From assembly GCA_001662655.1 (NCBI GenBank), contig KV460209.1: a stretch of DNA of 64,000 nt; one strand, 5' to 3'. The notes below the pieces were generated by a model that did not search any database, was not told the DNA's origin, and saw nothing but the letters and a program-made list of their open reading frames with translations. Source of the DNA: Pseudogymnoascus verrucosus (taxonomy: Eukaryota). How positions within the stretch are numbered: the stretch's first letter is position 1; every line of letters begins with the position of its first letter. Positions 13,040-25,058 of the stretch are shown piece by piece. Position numbers and translations under genes: made by a program.

Positions 13040-13950
13040 GCTAGCTAGCTAGTTAGTAGCTTTGTATATATATGAGATTTTTAAAACATATTAAAAACCG
13101 GTGTGGGGTGGAACAATCCGTTCAGTCCATTGTGAATGCCGGTACTCATTCTCGTATTAACCAAGGCAAATCTTGGCGGTATTTAGACTAATTAGCTCAC
13201 CAGCCCTATAGACGATACGAGGCGCTCAACATTAAATCCTCCGTATCTTACCCTGCATATGGGCTTTAAGGGGAGCTGAGTTGCTGATGACGATGCATTG
13301 GGGGAAATCCACTGGGGGGGCAACGAGACAGGCGAGCGAATGAGACGCCATGTTCCCCACCAACATGTTGTTGTGTTGTTGACCTTCCGGAATCGCTGTC
13401 AAAAGCAGGTCGCTCAGCCCTGTTTATCGTCCAAATAGAAAAGAATCTCAAAAACAAAATCTTTAATGCTTTTGTAGCAGTTTATTTACTTTTGGGGAAA
13501 AAATCTTGGTCCCGGTGAAGTGCGAAAAGTTTCTTTGAGGCATTCACGCGAAATCTGGTTGAACAAAATCACTCATTGACCCCCGCACAAGGTCGTCAAA
13601 ACTCACGTGTAGGGTGCCTATTAACCACCACCACCACTATTTCTTACCATATTAAAGGAAAACCCTTTATCTCCGCCAACCCTCACAAGGACTCTGAGCC
13701 CTTAAATACCGGGCTATCAGAGAACTCACATTTCCACTCTGTGATACCACGAGAGTGCGAAATATTTAAGGCTCACTTTCAAGCTTCGGCACCCGATTAG
13801 CAACCGGGGTCTTATCGACAAGTTCGACCGACGTCAAACGGGCGCCTCCCTCCCATTAACCCCACACCAGAGGGACCTTTCCGAACGCCCCCCAAAACAA
13901 ACACCACAACCCCGACCGCGCCCTCGACGACGCTCGAGTCCTCAGCAGCC

Positions 13951-16900
13951 ATGAATACCGACGAAGAGGCGCTCAGCGCCGTCTACAAGAAGATCGAGCG
14001 CGAGAAGGCTCTTATCACCGCCGCCAATGCAATGCGTCAGCAGACACAGAACGAGCAGGTGCGCTCGAAACTCGATACGCAGATGCGAGAGGGCCGTCGG
14101 AATATTCAATTCTTCGAGGAGAAAATGCGGGAATTGCAGATTAGGACCGTGGGTCAGAATATGGATAGCATGCGCCTGGGTGGTCCGGAGGGGAGCGGGC
14201 AGCAAGGTGGGGGTCTGAGGAACGATAGAGATGCTCCGCCGACGCCGCCACCGAAGGATTCGAGAGGGAATTATATTGAGCAGAGTGGAACTGATCAGGG
14301 AGGCTATGGGTCGGGGGACTACAGTACGATGTTCAAGAGCGAAACCCCCTCGGGGATGATGCCACCAAGACATCCTTACGCACCCCCCGCCCCAGGATCC
14401 GCGATCCCAAAGGCGCGCGCAAACTATTCGAAGCTAGGTTTGTATTTCTGGATTAATTTATTAGTGGTCGTCGAGCTGATATTTGCTAGATCTCATCAAA
14501 TACGATACTCCTTATCTTGGACCCCGCATTCAGCTCATGCTGTCGCAATTAGCATTCAAGCTCGATGTTGAGCAGCAGTATCTCAAGGGTATTGAAAAGA
14601 TGGTGCAGCTATACTCGATGGAGGGCGACAAGAAGAGCAGAGCGGATGCCGCGGCCCGTCACAAAGACAGTACTCAAAAGATCATGCTGTTGAGGCAGGC
14701 AAAGAAGAGATATGAAGATCTTCACATTGACATGCAAAGCAGCGCTGATGCGCCAGATGGTATGTGGACAAGTATGGTATGACCAACATCACGGCTAACA
14801 ACACATAGATGATAGCATCAACACCCCCAATCTGCGAAAACCTCTTACTGGCCAATTGTCGATACGAGTTACTGCCGTGAAGGATGTTGACCATGCCGCC
14901 ACGTCGAGGTTTTCCCGAGGACCGGAAACCTTTGTTGCCGTCAAGGTCGAGGACAATGTTGTTGCCCGTACAAAGACGTCGAGAACCGATCGATGGGATG
15001 GAGAAACCCACAACCTGAATGTCGAGAAGGCAAACGAGATCGAACTAACAGTATATGACAAAACCGGAGAGCAGGCTCTTCCCGTTGGCCTCTTATGGAT
15101 CAGGATATCCGATATCGCAGAGGAGATGAGACGAAAGAAGATCGAGGCCGAGATCAACAGCTCGGGCTGGGTGTCCGCCGATAGAATGGGATCAGGCAGC
15201 GCTGCCCCTGCCCAGAGTCAACAGTCGCCCCAGTTTGGAGGACCTACCAGCCCTGGAATGCAGCCTGGGTTTAACGGCGGCGGCATGGCGCCTGCGCCCA
15301 ACCCTTCCCTACCGCCGCAACCAATCGATGCTTGGTTCGCATTGGAGCCTTCGGGACAGATCCAACTGTCCCTCAGCTTTGTGAAGCAGACCAAGGACAG
15401 GCGGCCATTCGATGTTGGACTTAACCGTAAGGGAGCCATTCGCCAACGTAAGGAATTGGTTCACGAGATGTTCGGTCACAAGTTCGTGTCTCAGCAGTTT
15501 TACAATATCATGAGATGCGCACTTTGCGGCGACTTCCTGAAGTACTCTGCTGGTATGCAGTGCGAGGACTGCAAGTACACCTGCCACACGAAATGTTACT
15601 CTAGCGTAGTTACGAAGTGCATCAGTAAATCCAATGCGGAGACTGATCCGGATGAGGAGAAGATCAATCATCGCATTCCTCATCGTTTCGAGAAGTTCTC
15701 CAATGTTGGCGCCAACTGGTGTTGCCACTGTGGTTACATGCTGCCGTTTGGAAAGAAGAATAGTAGGAAGTGCAGCGGTAAGTCTTTTCTCTGGATATTC
15801 CAGGCTCGTTACTAACGAATTGGCAGAATGCAACCTCACAGCTCACGCTCACTGTGTCCATCTGGTTCCCGATTTCTGCGGAATGTCTATGGCAGTTGCC
15901 AATTTGCTCCTGGAAGGAATACGGCTCGAAAAGGCGAAGCAGGACCAGAAGGGGAAGTCTGGCCATCAATCCAACCTCGCCGGCAAGACCCTACGTCCTG
16001 TAACTGCGAAGTCTCCCGTTTCGTCCCAGGCTCCAACGCTGGACCAGCGATCATCTTACGGGCCAGGCGACAGGTTACCACAACAGTCACCAACCTATGA
16101 AGGTGCATCTGGTACCTCACAAGAGTCTATCAATGCGGCTAAGGCTGCATACCCCTCACAAGTCCAGCAGCAGCGCCAGGGAGGTGACCGCATGAGCGCG
16201 GCTGCTACAGCTGCATCCATAGCTGCAACCGCAGCCATATCCGGCCAACGACAAGGTTCATACGATACCTCTAGCGATTACAATAGAGCATCTGGAGGAT
16301 ACGCCGCACAAGGCAAGCCAGGTTATCAAGAGCGCCCAGCCCAGCAGTCCACTTACAACCCTGCGGATTATGCGAATGTCGGCGGCGTTGGTGCTTATCC
16401 TCCAGCTCTGCAGCCACCGCTGCAGCAGCAGCACCAGCAAGGCGCTCCTGTCATTCCACAATATGGCGCTATCCCTGTGGCTGGGATGCCTCCTGGAGCC
16501 GAAGCTCAAATGGCGAAGCCACAGGCACCACCGGCAGGCGCAATTGCTACTCGCAAGCCTATTGTGACGCCATCCGCTACCGAAGCAGGCGCAGGTGGCC
16601 GCATTGGCCTCGATCACTTCAATTTCCTGGCTGTGCTTGGTAAGGGTAACTTCGGTAAAGTCATGCTTGCGGAGACCAAGGCGAGCAAGAGGCTGTATGC
16701 TATTAAGGTCTTGAAGAAGGAGTTTATCATTGAGAACGATGAGGTTGAGAGCACAAGGTCCGAGAAGAGGGTTTTCCTGATTGCCAACAAAGAGCGCCAC
16801 CCCTTCTTGCTCAGTCTTCACGCTTGTTTCCAGACGGAGACGAGAGTGTACTTCGTCATGGAATATATTAGCGGTGGTGATCTCATGCTTCATATTCAAC

Positions 16901-17708
16901 GTGGGCAGTTTGGTACCAGGCGTGCGCAGTTCTATGCTGCTGAGGTCTGCCTGGCGCTGAAATACTTCCACGAGAATGGTGTCATCTACAGAGATTTGAA
17001 GCTCGACAATATCCTCCTTACTATGGATGGACATATCAAGATTGCAGATTACGGTCTTTGTAAGGAGGATATGTGGTACCAGTCCACGACGAGCACATTC
17101 TGCGGAACGCCTGAATTCATGGCACCTGAGGTGAGTAAATTCTTTTCCTACTAAATTATAATGGTTGCTAACCCAATTTAGATCCTGCTCGACAAGAAAT
17201 ACGGCCGCGCCGTCGACTGGTGGGCATTCGGCGTCCTAATCTACCAAATGCTCCTCCAACAGTCCCCCTTCCGCGGCGAAGACGAAGAAGAGATCTACGA
17301 TGCCATTCTGGCCGACGAGCCCCTTTACCCCATCCACATGCCCCGCGACTCCGTTTCGATCCTTCAGAAGCTCCTCACCCGCGAGCCCGAAGCCCGTCTC
17401 GGTAGCGGACCAACGGATGCACAGGAGATCATGAACCAGCCTTTCTTCCAGAAGATCAACTGGGATGACGTTTATAACAAGAGGATCCAGCCGCCGTTCT
17501 TGCCGCAGATCAGCAGTGCTACTGATACGAGCAACTTCGATTCGGAGTTCACTAGTGTTACGCCCGTGTTAACCCCGGTTCAGTCTGGTAAGTTTTATTG
17601 TCTTGTCTGCATATTTAGAGTTGATACTAACGATTCCCCCGTTTAGTCCTCACCCAGGAAATGCAAGAAGAGTTCCGCGGCTTCTCGTACAGCGCAGATT
17701 TCGTATAA
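13951..17708 (+). CDS. PKC1: Protein kinase C (HR1-HR1-C2-C1-C1-kinase)
   Basis: HR1 repeats, pseudosubstrate RKGAIRQRK, two C1 zinc fingers, kinase GKGNFGKV...YRDLKLDN...[13 protein letters not shown]-tail FRGFSY. Five introns (~14438-14489, 14760-14809, 15778-15826, 17131-17181, 17588-17646). Confidence 0.97.
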
Positions 17709-18309
17709 GATTCACGACCAGCCAAAACTTCAACGTTTCGGAATGATAACATCACATCCAATCTACCGCACACACCGCACATCCACCAACCGGATGGCAC
17801 CGTGTTCCGGTCCAAGATTGGAGAAAACCAAGAAAAAGCAGACACCATCTAATTTGACTCAATCCGCAAGTGGAGCCAAAAAGGGACGGACCGGTGTGCG
17901 CGGACGGATATGATGCGCATATTGGGAGATCAGATCAGCAAGCCGGTCAGGGGAAAAGGGGAGGTGGAGAAGGGGGGGGGGGCTATGTTTGGGAAAAGGG
18001 AATAATTGGGGGAGATGAGAAGAATGAGAAACGTAAATAAAGATTCCCGGTCTCTTTTTTAAAAGGAGGATCAGTTAGCGGGGCGAGGGGGAAGGAATGA
18101 TGATGATTTTGATGTATAATCGGCATTGTTTCGCCTCTAATAATACCACATACCCTCTTTTTCGTATGATGTTTCTTGGGGTGGGTGTACTGAGAGAGTG
18201 GTTGGATTTGTGTGTGACGCGCTTTGTTTTTCCCTTAGGAATTCGTTTATTTCTTAGGGAGTTTGCTGCAGTCGAGCGTTAGGATTTGAGCTGCAATGCA
18301 CACCCCCTC

Positions 18310-19062
18310 TAAGCGCCACTTGTTTCGTAGCAATTCCCCACAGCCTTGTCGTTTTGTACTGCAAGAACTGTAACGACAACCCCTATAGACGCCCTGTTTT
18401 TCTTAGGAAGTTCCTACTGCCTGGCCTTTGCTTGTGTAACCCATAAGCGCCACATGTTTCAGTATTTTTCTCACAGCCTCGTCTGTGTCACCACAACAAT
18501 AACTACAACTCCTATCGACGCTTTCTTTTTCTTAGCGATTTTTCTTATACCCTCTTCTGGACTTCAAACACATACCGGGTATGCACTGTTACCTCCCCGT
18601 AGTTTACTGGGGCCCTTTCTCGACCTCAAGCACACACATCCCGCATGCGCTGCCTCCTAATTTGCCACAGCCTCGTCTTTGTCTAAGAATTTCAACAGTA
18701 ACTCCAATAGACACCATCTTTTTCTAAGTAATTTCGCCATATCCTCAGCTTCGTTTCTTGGCCTTAAGCACAGTCCCCTAGGCACCGACTCTGACTCTTA
18801 CTCCTGCTCGTAATTTCCCACAGCCTCGTCATTGTCTAAGAATCCTAGCTGCAACTCCAACAGTCTCTTTCTTTTTCTTAGCAATTCGTAAGGCCGAGAA
18901 CCACAGCCGCAGCGTTGGTTATAGGCCACAAGGCATACCCCTTTTGTTATACTTTGCAAATTCATGCAGCCTTGTCTCTGTTTGTGAGATTTTGCCATAG
19001 CCCCTACCCCATGTGCACTGCCTCCCCTATAATAATTGCGCACAGCCTTGTCTTTGTTTCTG
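18310..19062. repeat. Degenerate modular direct-repeat array (~5 units, 130-220 bp period)
   Basis: Core CACAGCCTYGTC at 18339, 18472, 18666, 18819 and 19041. The first four are followed by AACYCC..A...TTTTTCTWAG. TAAGCGCCAC occurs at 18310 and 18444. Confidence 0.8.
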
Positions 19063-19135
19063 AGTGTTAGTAAAAAGAAAATATGATAGGGTGGATTAGC
19101 TTGTTAGGCATCCATGTGACCCATCTGTAAACATG

Positions 19136-19273
19136 AGCTGTGTTGGACATTCGTAGTGGTGCTGGGCATGAGTGGTGTTGGGCATAAGTGGTGTTAGACA
19201 ATAGAGGTGTTGGACATTTAGCGGTGTTGGACATTTAGCAGTGTTGGACATCAGCACTGCTAGACATTAAGCG
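19136..19273. repeat. Tandem minisatellite, ~8 copies of 16-17 bp AGYGGTGTTGGACAT(T)
   Basis: Read directly: agtggtgctgggcatg / agtggtgttgggcata / agtggtgttagacaat / agaggtgttggacattt / agcggtgttggacattt / agcagtgttggacatc, plus two more degenerate flanking copies. Confidence 0.9.
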
Positions 19274-19373
19274 ACAGCCTTTCTAACATCCTTCTGCCTT
19301 CAGCAAATCGTTTATTCGCGAATCTTTTCAACTGTTGTAATATCAACCTCAAATGAGGTCTTAGAGGTTTGAA

Positions 19374-22300
19374 ATGGAGCTTGACACTAACCGCCCAACG
19401 GATGCAGAGGCGTGGACTTATCTAGTCAAACATGGCGACCACATCACACAACCGCTAGCACGAAATGTCCGACTTGCCATCATTGAAGTTTTGAAAAAAA
19501 GGTGGGAAGCACAATGTCTTTCCAAAATCAACCTCCGTAATTTTGCCTTGATATGGTTGGATCCTGGTTATAAGATTTTGGCAACAAAGCTTGCGATAGG
19601 ACCAGCGGCTGAGGTTTTCGATATCGACACAATCTATGAGTTGAAGAAATGTAGGCTAGAAGGTGTAGGTTCCAACTGCACAAACATTGATTAATGACTG
19701 TCGCTGATAGAAACACAGTACTGGGATGTTCATTTGGAAAATGGTATACATTGGCTACAGATGGTGTTCAAGGAGTCGTCACTCATTTCTCACGAGGACT
19801 TCAACGAGATACTCACGTGCGACTACTTGTATGATTACGAAACCGGTCTTAACAGACTGTTTTGGAATGGGGGCGAAGTTCACAAAGAGAGCAGTCGTAG
19901 GGAGGAGTTTCTCTCCCACCTTTCCTTGGCGGAATACTCAGGAGCGTACAATACCATCACGAGAGACCAACCGAATCCGGCCTGGGATTTTATGATGATC
20001 ATGGACGAAATCAGAGAGTATGGAGAATTTGCGAACAAGATAATGCTGCATGTCGCATTGTGGTACGATCCAGATCTAAAGAAATCATCCTCGAGGCAAA
20101 ACATCAAGGAGCCGATACATCACCATCTAAAGGAGCCTTTTACAGAAATATTGTCCGAAAAGCCCCATGCAGATGCGAGCGATGACTGGGAGTCAAAAGC
20201 CCTTGGTTTGCAGCGGATTGTCGTAGATTTTTCGAAAGAAAACAGACCGAAGCGGAAAGGGCTATTCATGGCTAATACATTGAGGTTTAATCAACCTCCT
20301 GAAGTATATCATGAGCGCTTTGGCAAAGGGACGTTTTGGGACCGCCTTGCTCAGAAAATTCACCGCGAAATGCCTGAGATTCCATTTCGTCACCCAGACC
20401 TCCTGCCTTACAATAGCACAAATGGTAATATTTACCACTCCGATCAGCGCCGGGCACCATCATCAACCCATCCCATGGAAGATGTCTCGTCAATAGTGGA
20501 TCTAACCACAGAAAAAGAAGGTCTGGTCGCTCCAGAGATTGAGGATTTGATCATACAAGAGTACTGCCCAGACACGTCATCCAAAAAAAGGCTGTCAAAT
20601 CATGGGCTCCGCACAAGCAACTCAACTGGGAATAAGCAAACTCCTTCGGCATCGACTCACACGAATCACCTTGCGCCTGGAAAGGACGATCCATGGGCAT
20701 ATACATCTCCCCCCCCTCTCCCACCAGGATCAACAGGCCTTCGAAAACGCAAATCGCCCAACGGGCTCACACCTAGTGGCAGTCGTCGACGTAAACTCGT
20801 CAGGCTCAAGCTTCAACAAACTGCTGTCGTCGGTGAAACGTCTACTGGGCCAAGCGCTAGCGCCAGTGATGGACAGCAAAGTCCTATTGACCCCACACCC
20901 CCGCCACAGCGACGGAAGATGAACACGAACTTAGAGGAAGACAGAGAATCCTTCCGTTTGCCGTCTCAGCCGCCTGCACTGACTGCCCCGCGGGCACCAA
21001 TGTTCAGTATGCCTCCGGAAGAAATACCCCCTAGAACCACAGAAATATCAGAAGTGGAGCCGCCCCTTAGTGAAGGCATGCAGGCGCCGCCACCTGGTGT
21101 GGTTTCTTCTGCTGCAAACAGAGGAGAACCCCTCCATTCGGCATCTCAGTCAGCCCCCGCTATGACCACAGAGATATCACAAGCCGGGCCTCTTAGCAGT
21201 GAGATTAAACAGGCAATGCGGATTATGCTCGACAAGTTCGCCGACGAACTTAACATCGAGGGGCAGGTCGCCTCTATCCAAGGTCAGATCGCAGGGATAT
21301 CACAAGCGGGGCCGCCACTTAGCAATGAAGTTAAGCAGGAAGTGAGGACTATGCTCGACGAGTTTGTCGACACGCTTAACATAGAGGGGCAGATCTCAGA
21401 CATGATCGAGCAGGCTGTAGAGCAGCAAGTTATCGCTGACATAAGCGAGCGGGTCGACAAAATGGAGGACCAGATAATTGCTAACAAGCTTATCATGGAG
21501 AAGCAGGCTGCTGCTAATGAGCTTGATATAAATGATCGAGTCACTGTTATAAATGGGCAAGTCGTTGCTATCAAAGAGCAGGCCGACTCTACGAAGGAGC
21601 AGGTCTCTGCTGTAAAGAAGCAGATCGAGGTTGACAACGCAAAGGAGCAGGTCGCTACTATAAAAAAGCAGGTCGACACTGATAGGCTTAATACGGAGAA
21701 ACAGGCCACCGCTATGAATGATCAACTCAACGTTATGAAGAAGCAGGCTGACGCCGACAAGCTTGCAATGAACGAGCAGGCAGCCACTATGGAGGGTCAA
21801 CTCAACGCTACGATAGAACGGTTCAAATCTGACACGCGTAACATTATTAAGCAGGTCGTTAACAAGCTTGACATGAAGGAAGAAGTCGACGCAATTAAAA
21901 AGCAAGTTGCTACTATAGAGGGGCAGGTCAATGCCGACAAGCTTAATATGAAAGAGCAAGTTGAAGCCATGACAGCGCAGGCTCACACCATGAAGGAGCA
22001 GGTCGACGCCATAAAGGATCAGATTAACGCCGATAACATAAAGGGGCAGGTCGCTGCTTTTAAGGATCAAATCGACGCTATGGAGGAGCAAGTCGAATCT
22101 GACAACATAAAGGGGAAGGTCGCCACTATGAAAGAGCAAGTCGAGGCTGACAAGCTGAATATGAATGAGCAGGTCGATGCCATGAAAAAACAAGTCGAAG
22201 CCGACAAGCTCAAAATGGAGGGTTTGTTCAACGCCGAAAAGCTTTATATGGAAGAACAAGTTGCCGCTATGAAAGGCCAAGTCGACGCTATGAAAGTACA

Positions 22301-22568
22301 GTTCGCCGCCATGAACGAACAGGTCGCTTCCATCAAACCCACCAAGATATCACAACCAGAGGCACCCTCTAAAACCTCGCTAGAGGCAATAGATATTGTG
22401 AACGAGTTCTTCGACGAGCTTAGCATGGATGACCGAATCGCCGTTGTCGATGCGGTCCTCATCGAGCATAACGCGTTGGTGTTCTTGAGGGTATCGGCCG
22501 GCACAAGGAAAGCGTGGCTGTATAGGAGAATTGGGATCAATAGGGATGAAAGAGATGGAACAAAGTAG
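19374..22568 (+). CDS. Unrecognised ~1046-aa protein with globular N-terminus, putative NLS and repetitive coiled coil
   Basis: ORF 19374 joins the 944-aa ORF through a phase-0 intron 19665-19718 (GTAGGT...CTGAT...CAG). Basic cluster RKRK..RRRKLVRLK. Repeats of ADKLNMKEQVxAMKKQV. Confidence 0.75.
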
Positions 22569-23074
22569 TTTGGAGGGATTGGTATGTATGGAGTGCGAGG
22601 ATTTCGACGGGAAGGGTGAACAAAGCTATGGGCATATTTGGACAGTTATTTTTGCTGTTCGCGGAAGCAAGGGGATGCTTAATGTGGAGGAGTGCGTTTT
22701 TACTTTATACCCAGGGAGAGCATTTATACGATTGATCTTTTTACATAGCTATCTCTTTGCCACTATTAGCGGGGGATCACAATGGTGCGAGCTGGAATTT
22801 CTGTTTGCTTTTTTACTGTTAGTCGCTGTAAGGTTTAATGTTAGATATTGGTCTGCCTTGCCAACGAAGCTACATATAAATAACACTATCGAATTCGTTA
22901 GCCACGAGATTGCTACTCTTCGAGTATCACATGCCCCATTGCTAACTCTGTCTGTGATACCTCATCTCACATACTTCCGATCCCAAGTCACACCGCCTCG
23001 ACGGGTAAACACAGCATATGCAGACCGGCATGGAATTCATATTCTTCATATATTGTAATATACAGTATCTACAT

Positions 23075-24442
23075 CTAGTTCGGGCGAAGTATGTACATGA
23101 CGGCCAGTCCCGCAACAGCAGCACCAGTCGCCAGGCCCTCTAATGCTACAAGCGTGACATCTTGTTTCCGCAGCGAGACCTTCTCCTCGCTGAAGAGATT
23201 TTGAACTCGCGCTACACAGGGCGAAACCAGACCCTCTTTCCAGGTGTTTGGCTGGCGCCACTGCAGCGAAAATTCGGGCGTCTTAACTTCCGTCTCTAAT
23301 GGGGCCACCTCGGAGCTACCAGTCGTCTCTATAATCCCAGCGGCAAGCTCAGGGGTAGTTACCCCTATCGACTCCACCTCGAGGCTTTGCTCTTTTGCCT
23401 CCACGGCTTCTACGCCCGCGGCACCAGAGCTAGCCTCTCCATCCTCAATTCTTAAGACTTCCCTCTCCCTCTCTAGCGCTGCCAGAACCTTATCCTCAAA
23501 GCCCTTCGTCAGCCTCTCCCTCCTCCACGGCTCAAACCCAAACTGGAACACCAGAAACAACAACACGTTAACCCCCATCAACCCCCACGTCCCCCACGTA
23601 CTCATGCGCCTGATCTTATCAGACCAAATCTGCTCCTCATGATACCTCGCCAAAATAGCAGCATTGAGTCTCGACCCCGCCTGCTCCGCCGTCCTCTCCG
23701 CATCCGCCAATCTCTGCGCCGCCTCCGTCACCGCATGCTCATTCCCATGATCGCTGCGATACAGACTCGTAAAACGCTCGAGGTCAATCGGCGTCCACGT
23801 ATCCTTCCTCGCCAGCAGCGTCGTGACCTCGCGCTGGCTAGCAGCGCGATCCGCAACGAGCTGCTTGTAGTTCTGGCGCGAGACGCGGACTTCTTCCTGC
23901 GAGGACTCGAGGTGCTGCTCGTGCGCTGTGATGGTGCGTTTTAGGGCCTCAATGCCGGAGTAGCCGGTTAGGTCGTTGAGGTGCTGGGAGGCGAGGAAGA
24001 TGTTGCCTTGCAGGTTGTCCATTATATTTGTGAGGCGCTTGGAGATGTGGGAGCGGCGGCGCTCGGTGGCGGAGGGGAGCTCGCCATTGTTGGGCGTGAG
24101 GCCATCGGGAGGGGGAGCCGCGGAGGAGGATTCGGCCCCTTGCTTTAGGTCTGTAGCCGTGGGTGAGTCGGCGGAGGAGGAGGAGGGATGCGGTTCAGAT
24201 TGTTGAGATGCGGTGGGTGGGGCGCCTAGGTTGATCGGTTCGCTGGAGGAGGAGCTGGAGGGCGTGCTTCTCTTCTCATCGGCAAAGTGGCGTCGTTGTT
24301 GGGAGAGGTAGTGCCGTTGTATGCAAGTCAGGGCTTGCCTTGGGCTCTGGATGGTCGGCGTGGCTGCATGTCGACAAGCTGAGGCCGGTGGTGATTGTAT
24401 AAATATGGAGCGCGCTGCATGTCTCAGCAATGGTTGTCGCAT
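23075..24442 (-). CDS. SHE9: Mitochondrial inner-membrane morphology protein She9/Mdm33
   Basis: Presequence MRQPLLRHAARS; LNDLTGYSGIEALK, SQREVTTLLARKDTW, RYHEEQIWSDKIRRMSTWGTWGLMGVNVLLF. Confidence 0.95.
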   Translation of the reverse strand: MRQPLLRHAARSIFIQSPPASACRHAATPTIQSPRQALTCIQRHYLSQQRRHFADEKRSTPSSSSSSEPINLGAPPTASQQSEPHPSSSSADSPTATDLKQGAESSSAAPPPDGLTPNNGELPSATERRRSHISKRLTNIMDNLQGNIFLASQHLNDLTGYSGIEALKRTITAHEQHLESSQEEVRVSRQNYKQLVADRAASQREVTTLLARKDTWTPIDLERFTSLYRSDHGNEHAVTEAAQRLADAERTAEQAGSRLNAAILARYHEEQIWSDKIRRMSTWGTWGLMGVNVLLFLVFQFGFEPWRRERLTKGFEDKVLAALEREREVLRIEDGEASSGAAGVEAVEAKEQSLEVESIGVTTPELAAGIIETTGSSEVAPLETEVKTPEFSLQWRQPNTWKEGLVSPCVARVQNLFSEEKVSLRKQDVTLVALEGLATGAAVAGLAVMYILRPN

Positions 24443-25058
24443 ATCCAGGCGTAGCCCAGGAGAGGGATTGAGGGATTGAAGGGCGAGATGAGAGGTGAAG
24501 GGTGAGGTGTTGGAGTGTGAGGTGTTGCTGTAAGAAAAAGATAGGTCAGAAGAATAGGGAAGCAATCACCCGCTTTCGAGACATTGAAATCGAATATCGG
24601 ACGGAGAGACCAATAGAATAGCCGCTGATGTACCTTGCACAGTGATTTAGTATGTACGGGTACCTCTGCGTACCTTTCCCGTCCTACCGCCACCACCAAC
24701 CACCAACCACCACAACACAATCCCACACAATCACTTCACCGCCTCCGTAAGTGGTAGGACCCTTGGAACGAAACACGGCACCACCCCGCGGCCGATCGTT
24801 ATCTTGCTGGCTACTGGCCGCCGACCGCTGCACCTACCCGCGACTATATATCAAATATTTCATCTTCATCATTTTCCCCGTCCCCCTTTCCAACTTATTT
24901 ATATATTTATTTTTTCCCCTTCCAACTATATAAACAGCTGTAACGTACGTTTCCCGCAATTCCTCACTCAACCTTCTCTAACACTCCATCATAGATAAGG
25001 CTGTATCCCTAACTCAACCCCAATACCCCGCCATCGCATCCATCACCAAACCGCCACC

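Noticed and set aside
18310..19273. CRISPR array interpretation of the repeats
   Set aside because: Eukaryotic context, repeats too degenerate, linkers of unequal length that share modules, and no cas genes.
21396..22280. 294-aa Leu/Asp-rich antisense repeat ORF resembling an LRR or membrane protein
   Set aside because: It is the reverse complement of the coiled-coil repeat array.
18280..23050. Intact transposon or Starship element
   Set aside because: No transposase, tyrosine recombinase or RT motif, and no TIRs or TSD that I could find.
24443..24565. Non-AUG N-terminal extension of SHE9 from the ORF track
   Set aside because: The AUG at 24442 directly begins a typical presequence; the upstream open frame is pyrimidine-rich leader.
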